Shown in pieces: positions 20,315 to 29,871 of a stretch of 64,000 nt of DNA; position 1 is the stretch's first letter, and each line of letters opens with the position of its first letter. This DNA comes from Candidatus Poribacteria bacterium (lineage in GTDB: Bacteria; Poribacteria; WGA-4E; WGA-3G). The stretch is from positions 2,208,001 to 2,272,000 of the forward strand of contig OZ251518.1 in NCBI GenBank assembly GCA_965242965.1, given 5' to 3'. Both the position numbers and the translations under genes were made by a program. The notes beneath the pieces were generated by a model, which saw only the letters and a program-made list of their open reading frames with translations, did no database searches and was not told where the DNA came from.

Positions 20315-20932
20315 ATGCACATCGCAGTTGTCACCGGCGAACACGGATTCCAAGAGAAACAGTTCGACGCGGTTTTTGAGAGCATGGACGGTGTCCAATT
20401 CGTTCGCGAAGATTTAGATGTCTTTGTCGATGACCCGGGCCAGAAGGACTACGACACCGTCGTCTTTTACAATTTTCATCGTCCCTACCCGACAGAAGCA
20501 CAGGCGGATGCCATCCTCGGCTTGACAGAACGCGGGCAAGGCATCGTCATTCTGCATCACGCCATCCTCGCGTTTCCGGAATGGGATGTCTATTCCGATA
20601 TGTGCGGAATTGCCGACAGAGGTTTCGGATACCATCCGCGGCAGACGCTTGATGTGCATGTCGCTGACACAACGCATCCCATCACCGCGGGGATGACGGA
20701 CTGGGAGATGGGCGACGAGACTTACACGATGGATTCGGCAGGCGACGATAGCGATATCCTGCTGACAGTGACGCATCCGAATAGCATGGAGGTGCTCGGC
20801 TGGGCGCGAGAATACGGCAACTCCCGTATTTTTTGTCTCCAAAGCGGCCACGACGATGTCACCTTCTCCAATCCGAACTTCCGCGAAGTGCTCAAACGCG
20901 GCATTCAGTGGGCAGGCAGGGATAAGCAATGA
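20315..20932 (+). CDS. ThuA-like domain protein
   Basis: GEHGF, GQGIVILHHA, HPIT, DETY, WAREYGNSRIFCLQSGHD. Confidence 0.8.
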   Translation: MHIAVVTGEHGFQEKQFDAVFESMDGVQFVREDLDVFVDDPGQKDYDTVVFYNFHRPYPTEAQADAILGLTERGQGIVILHHAILAFPEWDVYSDMCGIADRGFGYHPRQTLDVHVADTTHPITAGMTDWEMGDETYTMDSAGDDSDILLTVTHPNSMEVLGWAREYGNSRIFCLQSGHDDVTFSNPNFREVLKRGIQWAGRDKQ

Positions 20933-21042
20933 AGCCAATGAAGCATCTGTTAGGTTTACGCCTCCTCTTCGCAACGCTTATTGCACTCGCCCCGGTAGGC
21001 GGGATTTGTAACCCCGCGCCTGTCGCCAATACAGAGGAAACT

Positions 21043-21999
21043 ATGGAGCACACAATGTATTCAGTCAGCGACAAAATCGTCGATGGGTTTCACGTTTACG
21101 CCTTACAGCAGGACGAAACCACCGTCGCCGAAATCGTCCCCGCGCTCGGAAATAACTGCTACGCCTTCCGAGTTGCCGGGCGCGTCTTAATAGATGAACC
21201 GCCCGATCTGGCGACGTTGCAAGAACGTCCCACCGCCTACGGAAACCCTATATTGTTTCCGTTTCCAAACCGCATCCGCGATGGCAGCTGGACGTTTGAA
21301 GGCGAAACCTATCAGTTTGACAAACCGCCCGATGCACCGACGACTATCCACGGGTTGTTGCTCAACCGTCCCTATCATGTCCAACGTCACGCAGCAGACG
21401 AAAACGGCGCGACGCTTGTCTGCACGCTCAATTCGCACGATGTGCCAGATATTGGCAGACAGTATCCGTTTCCGTTTCACATTGAGATAACGTATACCCT
21501 CAAAGATTCCGTGTTGACGATGGGCGTTTCTATCAAAAACACCGGCAAAGGGAACATGCCGATGGGGTTCGGCATCCACCCCTATTTTCGCGTCGCGAAT
21601 CCATCGCAAGCGAAAATCACCGTGCCCGCCGCGAAATACTGGGAACTTGACGATGTGCTAGTCCCCACAGGAAAACAACTTCCTGTCGCCGGAGCCTTGG
21701 ATTTGCGGGATGGAAAGCCGTTCGTCGGATTAAAGTTGGACCACGTTTTCACAGACGTGCAATTGACAGACGGTGTAAGCCGATGCATCATCGGGAATGA
21801 ATTGGTGATGGAATCGGATGCCATCTTCAGAGAACTCGTCGTCTATACACCACCGGGAAGGGATGCCATCTGTTTTGAACCGTATACCTGCCCGACAGAC
21901 GCGATTAATTTGGAGGCGAAAGGCATTCCTGCTGGTATCATTGTGCTGTCACCGGAAGAAACTTTCGCCGCTACCGTTCGGATTCTGCGCGTTCGGTAG
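21043..21999 (+). CDS. Aldose 1-epimerase family protein
   Basis: LFPFPNRI, IHG, GFGIHPYF, LDHVF, ICFEP; start at ATG 21043 after GAGG (ORF track 20929). Confidence 0.85.
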   Translation: MEHTMYSVSDKIVDGFHVYALQQDETTVAEIVPALGNNCYAFRVAGRVLIDEPPDLATLQERPTAYGNPILFPFPNRIRDGSWTFEGETYQFDKPPDAPTTIHGLLLNRPYHVQRHAADENGATLVCTLNSHDVPDIGRQYPFPFHIEITYTLKDSVLTMGVSIKNTGKGNMPMGFGIHPYFRVANPSQAKITVPAAKYWELDDVLVPTGKQLPVAGALDLRDGKPFVGLKLDHVFTDVQLTDGVSRCIIGNELVMESDAIFRELVVYTPPGRDAICFEPYTCPTDAINLEAKGIPAGIIVLSPEETFAATVRILRVR

Positions 22000-22029
22000 G
22001 AGAGCCCTCCTGGTTTTGATTTTTCAACA

Positions 22030-22578
22030 TATCGGGACAAGGATGTCCCTCCTACCCAAAACGATGTTCCCCGTAGGAGAGACCTCCTGGTCTCGATGCA
22101 TTCCCGTAGGAGAGACCTCCCGGTCTCGATGTTCCCGTAGCGCGGGGGCCTGTCCCCCGCGCGCGTTGGGATACGCGAGCAATGGCGAGGGACAGGCCCT
22201 CGCCCTACGGTGAGGGGTGGTGTGTTTATCGTAGCGCGGGGGCCCTCGGATGCCAGACGCGCATCCGAGAGGGTTTCCCCCGCGATCTCATCGTCACGAT
22301 GTGTGTTTCCGCCTCTGTAGTTTGTGATCGCCTGATCACAAACAGGTCAGGATCTGGCGATCCTGACCTACAGAGCCTGGCGCACGCACGCTGGCGAGGG
22401 ACAGGCCCTCGTCCTACGGTGAAGGGGTGGTGTTTTTATCGTAGTAGGAGGGACATCCTTGTCCCGATACGCACAGCAACAAAACGCATCGAGACCCGGA
22501 GGTCTCGCCTACTGGGGGCATCGAGACCCGGAGGTCTCGCCTACTGGGGGCATCGAGACCCGGAGGTCTCGCCTACCG
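22030..22578. repeat. Mixed REP cluster
   Basis: Includes three tandem GCATCGAGACCCGGAGGTCTCGCCTAC copies. Confidence 0.9.
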
Positions 22579-22645
22579 AACGCTGGGTTGACATCCATCG
22601 CGGATTTGTGGTATCCTATAAACTATAGAGAGGAGGAAACCCAAA

Positions 22646-23269
22646 ATGGCATTTAGCGATTTCAAGTCTGTCGATGAAGCCCTAGAAAATTTCAAGATTA
22701 CCTTCACGTGGGGTGACTTCATCGAAAGCATCAAAAGCGAAGAGTCAACGCCGCCGGCACATTTGCTGCACGACTTTGAGTTTGCACAAGAGCACATTGA
22801 TGTTTTCGCCTCCGACTCGGCGCGGTGTCACGCGCTCATTTACCCGGTTTTATGGGAGTGCTATAAGGCATACGCTAAGGATTACGCGCTCTGGATTGGC
22901 AAGTCTATCACTTACGATGAGATGTTGACAGGCACACCGGACTACTTCGTCTCTACGCGCTCAGAGTTTGGTGTTCCTGTTGTTGGGACACCGCTCATTC
23001 TGCTTGTTGAAGCCAAGCGGAACGATTTTGTCCTCGGTTGGGGGCAATGTCTCGCAGAGCTGGTCGCGGCGCAAAAAATCAATGGCGATGCAAGTGAGCC
23101 GGTGTATGGCATTGTCAGCGATGGAGAGCAGTGGCAATTTGGCCGGCTCGTCGGCGATGTCTTTACCCGCAATAGAACGCGCTATACGTCGGATAGTTTG
23201 CCGCGCCTCTTCGGTGCGGTTGAAGCCGTGTTCAGAAGCGCGACGGGGAATAGCAACGGGAGTGTCTGA
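22646..23269 (+). CDS. Hypothetical protein with PD-(D/E)xK-like fold (HsdR N-terminal-like)
   Basis: GTPDY..LVEAK..GWGQCLAEL..VYGIVSDGEQWQF. Confidence 0.6.
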   Translation: MAFSDFKSVDEALENFKITFTWGDFIESIKSEESTPPAHLLHDFEFAQEHIDVFASDSARCHALIYPVLWECYKAYAKDYALWIGKSITYDEMLTGTPDYFVSTRSEFGVPVVGTPLILLVEAKRNDFVLGWGQCLAELVAAQKINGDASEPVYGIVSDGEQWQFGRLVGDVFTRNRTRYTSDSLPRLFGAVEAVFRSATGNSNGSV

Positions 23270-23326
23270 ACCGATTCTGTTTTTCGTTGTGCATCTTGTT
23301 CTAGTCAAATGAATTCCGCATAAGCC

Positions 23327-24304
23327 ATGAAAAACATCACATTTTTCTTTATTTTCCTCTTACTCATCTACGCGCAACCGTCCTCCGCTATCCGCGAAGG
23401 CACGGCGAACGCCGCCATTTTCATCAAGCAGTATGAACAGCGCGGCGAGTGGGACAAAGTCGCACTCTGGCACGAAGCCGCAGCGGAATGCCTGATTCGC
23501 ATCTCTATCCCGATGAACGAGATCGCGCATGCCTATTACACACGCCGTGGACACGAGAAATGGGCGGCGCGTGCGAAGAAAGAACGCGCGGAGATTCAGG
23601 CGCAACGTCAGTCGCTCATGAACCGTGCGGAGAATGCATGGGAAAAATCGGGAGTAATGGCTACCGAGCGGCGGGGACAGGCACGCGCCCTACGGGATGC
23701 CAATAGTTTGTCGCGTTTACAAGCAGAACGTGAAAAAATCTCTCAATTTATCGCGACGTGGGCACCGCACTATCCCGATAGATTCTACGATTTCGGCATC
23801 TATCCGACCTTTTTTAGGGAACAACGCGAGCGCGCGGCGCAGAAAAAGGATTACGTCAAAGTCCTACAACTTGAGGCAGACGCGGCGGAGATGTGCGCGG
23901 CGCAGTATGAAAAAATCCCCCTCGCTCTCGGGTTGAAACGTTATGAAAAGGTCCGAGATGCCTATCGTCAGCATGCGATGCTACTCCGCGCGCTCGCAAA
24001 GCAAAACCCGAAACTGACAGCCCTTTGCCTCAAAAATGTTGCGGAACGCTCCATTAACCCACTGGCTACTGTTTCCAATGGCGCAAAAACAGACGTAATG
24101 CTTCAGACTGCCAGATCTGATCAGCGCGTGCAAAAGGCTCTCGAAAATAAAAATGGCATTCACGAATACGTCTGGTTTCAAGGGTTTGCTTGGACGGTAA
24201 GTTTCTATAACCACAGCCAGGGAAATCTCGCCATCGCCATTATTGATGACAAAACGGGAAAAGTAGTTGACGTGTTGATTCAGGTAGGTTCACCTGAAAA
24301 TTGA
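23327..24304 (+). CDS. Secreted helical hypothetical protein
   Basis: Signal peptide; internal repeat HEAAAEC / LEADAAEMC; no family recognised. Confidence 0.65.
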   Translation: MKNITFFFIFLLLIYAQPSSAIREGTANAAIFIKQYEQRGEWDKVALWHEAAAECLIRISIPMNEIAHAYYTRRGHEKWAARAKKERAEIQAQRQSLMNRAENAWEKSGVMATERRGQARALRDANSLSRLQAEREKISQFIATWAPHYPDRFYDFGIYPTFFREQRERAAQKKDYVKVLQLEADAAEMCAAQYEKIPLALGLKRYEKVRDAYRQHAMLLRALAKQNPKLTALCLKNVAERSINPLATVSNGAKTDVMLQTARSDQRVQKALENKNGIHEYVWFQGFAWTVSFYNHSQGNLAIAIIDDKTGKVVDVLIQVGSPEN

Positions 24305-24354
24305 AAAGCATTGCCTGTGGGAACGGGCAGATGAAGAGCGAAAAATATAGAGAT

Positions 24355-27300
24355 ATGAATGTGAAAATCCTCAGAAGCATCGCCCTCTTTTTTATCGCGT
24401 TCGGCGTGGAAGCAGCGCAACTCACTCCCGGCGAACTGCTCATCCGCTTGACTCCCGATGCTGCAAGGTTGCAAGCCAACGCGCCGATATCCGTGCTGCA
24501 CGCCGAGCACAAGGTGGAATCGCTGCAGCCGCTGTTTCCCTATCTGGCGCGCCCGGCACTCAATCCGAACCTCAGGCGCACCTATCTGCTGCGCTTCGCG
24601 CCTGACATAGATTTGGAGACAATCAAAGCCGTTTACGCCGAAAGTCCACTCGTTGAAGCAGTCGCGTTTAATTATCTCCGGCCAACGTTTCAAGAAACGC
24701 GGCGGCGGGAAGGAGAAGTGGTGAATCCAAATGACCCGAGGTATGCAGAGCAGTGGAACCTCCCGTTGACACGACTGCCACAGGCATGGGCAATTGAGAA
24801 AGGCAGCGCGAACGTCGTCATCGCCATCATCGATTCTGGCATCGATTATCGGCACGACGATTTGGCGGCGAAGACATGGGTGAACCCCGGCGAGGTGCCG
24901 GACAACGGACTTGACGACGACGGCAACGGTTACGTTGACGATGTGCATGGCTGGGATTTCACCGACGCGCCGAATGTGCAGGGTGAAGGCGATTTCATTG
25001 AAGGCGACAATGAACCTATCGATGAGTCCGGACACGGCACACATGTCGCCGGTATCGCCGGTGCGATGGCGGATAACGGCATCGGCATCGCCGGTGTGGC
25101 GTGGCATTGCCCCCTCATGCCGATTCGCGCCGGGCTCTCCCTCGGCGGCAGTTCGCGCATGCAAGACGATGACTCCGCCGCCGCTATCGTTTACGCCGCC
25201 GATAACGGTGCCAGCGTGATTAATATGAGCTGGGGAAGCGAGCAGGTATCCTTCGTTATCCAAGATGCTATTGATTACGCGCACGCCCGCGGTGTCGTGC
25301 TAGTCGGTGCCGCAGGAAATTCACAGAAAGCGGCCGCCATTTTCCCCGCCGCCTATCGGCAAGTCATCGCCGTTGCATCAACCGAACAGCATCAACAGCG
25401 GTTTTACCAATCAAACTTCGGTGCCTCCGTGGACATAGCCGCGCCGGGGAACGTCATCCTCAGCACACAAATTGACAACCAGTATCGCCTGCTGACTGGC
25501 ACCTCTATGGCTGCGCCGCACGTCGCGGGTGTCGCCGCGTTGATGCGCTCCAAGCGTCCCGCGCTCACGCATGAAGAAGTGCGGCAGATTCTGATTAATA
25601 CCGCCGATGTTGTCCTTCAAGAAGAGAGCGATACCCCAGACCCGAGATTTGTCGGTGCCGGCACCCTGAACGCCGAACGCGCGCTGTTAGCGAGCGGCGC
25701 GTTGCAAGCGCGCATCCTCTCTCCCGAAACGAATAGCGGCGGCTCCGACGCGATGCATATCATCGGCACCGCAGGCGGCTATCAGTTTGAATCGTGGCAA
25801 CTGCTTTATGCACAATCCACAGTCCCGGAGACCTTTACGCCGTTCACAGAACCCTCCTCTCAACAAAAAATCGAGGAAACATTGGCGGTGTGGGATACCA
25901 CTGCAATGCCGGAAGGCATCTATACCGTGCGACTGCAGGTTAACGCAAAAAACGGCACGAAAACGCAAGACCAGGTTGTCGTCGCGGTTGACAGGACACC
26001 GCCGCAGGTTACATCCCTCACGGCGACAGAAACGCTTTATGGAAACCGCTCGATTACCATTTTCACGTGGGCAACCGATGATGTCACTCGCAACACCCTC
26101 TATTATCGGCGCAAAAACCAACTCGCGCCATTCGCTTCCGTTGAGGAAAACGAACTCGGCAAGGAACATTTCATCTCTCTCGGCCTGACAAACGGCACTT
26201 ACCAATTTTACGTTGAAGCGCGAAATGCCATCGGTTTGACGGTAACCGAGAACAATCAAGGGCAATACTGGCCACTTGACGTTGTCGGCAGTGCCATCTC
26301 GCCGAACGGGTTTGACGATTTGTCCATCGGCGTGCCGCCTCTCCACATCGCCAGCGTCACCGCCGATTTTGATGGCGATGGCGCGCTGGAAATCGTCGGA
26401 AAACCGATGCAGGAGACAGGCATTGCGATTTATGAACGGAACCAAACCGGAAAATATCAAGAACGCGAAAGACAGGACATCGCGCTACACACGGGAGATG
26501 AAGCGTTCACGCCTTGGACAGTCAACGATACCGACAACGATGGACTGCTAGAAATCCTCGTCAGCGACAGCGATAGGACTTTTCTGCTTGAGAGCACCGC
26601 GCCCAACGGATACCCCGAAAACCTTATCTGGGAATCGCCTTTTCTTACCGGCGGCAGCATCGCCGATTTGGATGCAGATGGCAGGAAAGAGATTATTGGG
26701 GCAGACAATCGAAACGACCGGATTCTCATCTACGAGAATCGCGGAGATAACCTCTATGAAGAAATCGCGCAACTTGTCAACGAGACAGAAGGCGCGAACG
26801 TGTTCGGGCATCACTTCGCAATCGCCGATTTTGATGCAGATGGAAACCTGGAACTCGTCGCGGGCGATAGCGAAGGTGAACTCTTCGTCTATTCCGCCTT
26901 CGCAAACGACAGATTTCGCCTAGAATCGCAAATGCAATTGGATATGACTGGGGAAACTTTGCGAGGGACAGGCACGCAACCTACGGTATCAGGAGGGATA
27001 GAGGTGACGTTGTTAACTGCGGGAGACTTAACGGGGGATGGCATCCCAGAGTTCGTAGTCGGCGGCACGCAAGAATTCGCAGGTGTGCCTTCGGCGGCAC
27101 CCCTCTGGAAATTTTTCGTCTTTACGCACGCGCGCGGACAAAACGCGCTGAATACCGTGGCGCGCGTAGCCGCTCTCCCTGAAGCAGCGAACGGCTACGC
27201 GCCGCTCTGGGAGCAAGCAATAGTGCCCTATCGCCGAATCGGAAACGGGCTCCGCATCGCCGATGTAACAGGTGATGGCAATAAAGAGCTCGTCATCCTC

Positions 27301-28485
27301 ACGCATCCAAACCTCTACGTCATGAAATGGGACGGCACCACTTTCGTCCCGATGTGGCATCGGGAAGTCTATGAAACACCAACCCTATTCATCGCCGATT
27401 TAGACGACAACGGGTTTGGCGAAATCTATATCAATGCTGATGACGAACTCCGCCGTTTTGAATCCTCGTTCGCGAAAAATAGGCAGGCGGTTGAAACCCT
27501 CACCCCGTGGGAACTCTCCGCAACACCGCTGACAGCGAAGGCGGTTCAGGTGACATGGGTAGCCCCCGCTGTCGGTAGGAGAGAACTCCCGGTCTCGACA
27601 CCTGCTGTCGGTAGGCGAGACCTCCCGGTCTTGACATCTTTCACCGTCTATCGCGCGATAGGAGAAAAAGGCAAAACCCCTGACGATACCGAATTTAAAC
27701 CGATTGCCGAGGAACTCACAACACCGCGGTTTTTGGACAGGCGCGTCACGACTGATAAAACCCACTGGTATGCCATCACGGCAAAAGACGAAAACGGGGA
27801 GGAGACTGAACGCACAGCGGCTGTTTCTGCCACGCCGCGCCAGCCGCCGAAACTCATCAGCGCGCAGTTACACGTTCCTGGCACCTCATCACGAATGCCT
27901 GTCCCGCACGAAACCTCCATATCGGAACGGCGTTGGGTAATCCTCACGTTCGACCGGCAGATGGGATTCGCTATCGGCGACGAAAGCCGATATCTCCTGC
28001 GCGAACCGCAGCGGATTGGCGGCGCGCGTCCCGTGTCTGCCATTCGCGATAGAATGGGCACGAGAGCACTCCTCGCTTTTGAACCGCAGCATTTTCAACA
28101 GGCGGACTATGAAATTACGGTATCTAACGTCGCCGATAGTGACGATAATCCGCTGCGAACCGCGACGCAACCGCTTCAGATGCCGCAAAGCCTTGGCACA
28201 ACAGCGGTAACCGATTTCACGCAGGCTCGCGTCTATCCGAACCCCGTTTATCCCAACATCTCCGACAAAGGCGCGATTACGTTTGATAAAGTCCCAATTG
28301 GCACCCGCATCCAAATTTTCGCACCGACAGGGGAACTCATCGAAGATTTCAGAGCGCACAACGAGAACCGTAGCCAATGGTGGTTGACTAGCAAAGGCGG
28401 CGCAGATGTCTCCAGCGGCATCTATATCTACGTGCTTGAATTTGAGAACCTAAAAAAAGTTGGAAAAATCGCTGTCGTGAAATAA
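24355..28485 (+). CDS. Secreted S8 subtilase with FG-GAP-like repeats and T9SS-like C-terminal domain
   Basis: IIDSG, HGTHVAG, GTSMAAPHVAG; DxDxDG repeats; C-terminal VYPNP..VSSGIYIY. Confidence 0.9.
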   Translation: MNVKILRSIALFFIAFGVEAAQLTPGELLIRLTPDAARLQANAPISVLHAEHKVESLQPLFPYLARPALNPNLRRTYLLRFAPDIDLETIKAVYAESPLVEAVAFNYLRPTFQETRRREGEVVNPNDPRYAEQWNLPLTRLPQAWAIEKGSANVVIAIIDSGIDYRHDDLAAKTWVNPGEVPDNGLDDDGNGYVDDVHGWDFTDAPNVQGEGDFIEGDNEPIDESGHGTHVAGIAGAMADNGIGIAGVAWHCPLMPIRAGLSLGGSSRMQDDDSAAAIVYAADNGASVINMSWGSEQVSFVIQDAIDYAHARGVVLVGAAGNSQKAAAIFPAAYRQVIAVASTEQHQQRFYQSNFGASVDIAAPGNVILSTQIDNQYRLLTGTSMAAPHVAGVAALMRSKRPALTHEEVRQILINTADVVLQEESDTPDPRFVGAGTLNAERALLASGALQARILSPETNSGGSDAMHIIGTAGGYQFESWQLLYAQSTVPETFTPFTEPSSQQKIEETLAVWDTTAMPEGIYTVRLQVNAKNGTKTQDQVVVAVDRTPPQVTSLTATETLYGNRSITIFTWATDDVTRNTLYYRRKNQLAPFASVEENELGKEHFISLGLTNGTYQFYVEARNAIGLTVTENNQGQYWPLDVVGSAISPNGFDDLSIGVPPLHIASVTADFDGDGALEIVGKPMQETGIAIYERNQTGKYQERERQDIALHTGDEAFTPWTVNDTDNDGLLEILVSDSDRTFLLESTAPNGYPENLIWESPFLTGGSIADLDADGRKEIIGADNRNDRILIYENRGDNLYEEIAQLVNETEGANVFGHHFAIADFDADGNLELVAGDSEGELFVYSAFANDRFRLESQMQLDMTGETLRGTGTQPTVSGGIEVTLLTAGDLTGDGIPEFVVGGTQEFAGVPSAAPLWKFFVFTHARGQNALNTVARVAALPEAANGYAPLWEQAIVPYRRIGNGLRIADVTGDGNKELVILTHPNLYVMKWDGTTFVPMWHREVYETPTLFIADLDDNGFGEIYINADDELRRFESSFAKNRQAVETLTPWELSATPLTAKAVQVTWVAPAVGRRELPVSTPAVGRRDLPVLTSFTVYRAIGEKGKTPDDTEFKPIAEELTTPRFLDRRVTTDKTHWYAITAKDENGEETERTAAVSATPRQPPKLISAQLHVPGTSSRMPVPHETSISERRWVILTFDRQMGFAIGDESRYLLREPQRIGGARPVSAIRDRMGTRALLAFEPQHFQQADYEITVSNVADSDDNPLRTATQPLQMPQSLGTTAVTDFTQARVYPNPVYPNISDKGAITFDKVPIGTRIQIFAPTGELIEDFRAHNENRSQWWLTSKGGADVSSGIYIYVLEFENLKKVGKIAVVK

Positions 28486-28533
28486 AAATTGTCCGGGTGG
28501 ATGTCGTTAACTATCCTCCCGCTGTTCAAACGT

Positions 28534-29712
28534 ATGGACACCTTTATTTTAATCGCAAATCCTATCTCCGGTAAAGGGCGCGCCAAAACCATCGCGGAGC
28601 AAGCATACGCCGCGCTCACCAAATCCGGTCAGACCGGCACGCTAGCATTAACCGCCGGCCCCGGCGATGCCGAACGTTTCGCGCAAGATGCAGTGAACGC
28701 CGGCATTCGGAAAATAATCGCTTGTGGCGGCGACGGCACCCTCCACGAAGTTGTCAACGGTATCGCGCAGCATTCCGAAAACACGTCGGTTCCGGTAGCG
28801 CGAGGGCCTGTCCCTCGCGAGGCTCAGGATACCGTAGCGCGAGGGCCTGTCCCTCGCGAGGCTGCCGTCAAGAGTCAGGATACCGTAGCGCGAGGGCCTG
28901 TCCCTCGCGAAGCTGCAGACAAGATACGAGATACCGTAGCGCGAGGGCCTGTCCCTCGCGAGGCTGCCGTTGAGAATCAGGATACCGTAGCGCGAGGGCC
29001 TGTCCCTCGCGAGGCTGCCGTCACCTTAGGCGTTCTCCCCTGCGGACGCGGCAACGATTTCGCCGCCGCCATCGGCGTGCCACGAAAAACCGAGGAAGCC
29101 GTTCAGAACTTATTCACCGGCAAACCAACCCAGGTCGACCTGGGGAAAATCACGCCTCTCCCAGTAGACGAGCCTTCCCGGACTCAAACAGACACCGAAA
29201 TCCCGCCTCAGAAAACGCGATACTTCATCACCATCGCCACCTGCGGTTACGATGCCGAAGTCAGCCGGCGCGGCGCGGAACGAAGCACGCCGTTCAAAGG
29301 CACCGCGGCTTATGTGTGCGCCGCCCTCGCCACGCTTGCTGACTACAAATGCCCTATTATTAAACTTGAGGGAGACTTCGGCACCCTTGAGGGAGAGCAT
29401 CTCCTCGCCGCGACAGGCATTACGCCTCGATATGGCGGCGGTTTCCGCATCGTGCCGAACGCGCGTTACGATGATGGACTATTTGATGTCTGTAGCATTC
29501 GTTCCGTTTCCAAAATCACGATACTCCGACTCCTCGTCACCCTCTTCTGGGGAGGGCATGTCTCGCATCCAGCCGTGGAGATACGCCAGACGCGCACGTT
29601 GCGGATTGAAACGGAGCCCCCCATGTTACTCTACGCCGATGGCGAACCGATGTGTGAAACCCCTGCGATGATTGAAATCGTGAAGCATGGGCTCACCGTC
29701 CTTGCGCCGTAA
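28534..29712 (+). CDS. Diacylglycerol/lipid kinase family protein (YegS/DgkB-like) with in-frame REP insert
   Basis: ANPISG, GGDGTLHEVVNG, GVLPCGRGNDFA, YGGG, DDGLFD, YADGE. Confidence 0.9.
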   Translation: MDTFILIANPISGKGRAKTIAEQAYAALTKSGQTGTLALTAGPGDAERFAQDAVNAGIRKIIACGGDGTLHEVVNGIAQHSENTSVPVARGPVPREAQDTVARGPVPREAAVKSQDTVARGPVPREAADKIRDTVARGPVPREAAVENQDTVARGPVPREAAVTLGVLPCGRGNDFAAAIGVPRKTEEAVQNLFTGKPTQVDLGKITPLPVDEPSRTQTDTEIPPQKTRYFITIATCGYDAEVSRRGAERSTPFKGTAAYVCAALATLADYKCPIIKLEGDFGTLEGEHLLAATGITPRYGGGFRIVPNARYDDGLFDVCSIRSVSKITILRLLVTLFWGGHVSHPAVEIRQTRTLRIETEPPMLLYADGEPMCETPAMIEIVKHGLTVLAP

Positions 29713-29721
29713 AAAGGGACA

Positions 29722-29840
29722 TCGCGAGGGACAGGCCCTCGCGCTACGGTGATGAGGGGGATGCGTTCGCGAGGGACAGGCCCTCGCGCTACGGTGATGA
29801 GGAGGATGGGTTCGCGCGAAACAGGCCCTCGCGCTACGGC
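29722..29840. repeat. REP triplet between convergent genes
   Basis: Three CGCGAGGGACAGGCCCTCGCGCTACGG-type copies. Confidence 0.88.
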
Positions 29841-29871
29841 CCTCGGCGGAGAAGACTGATTCTGTCCATTG

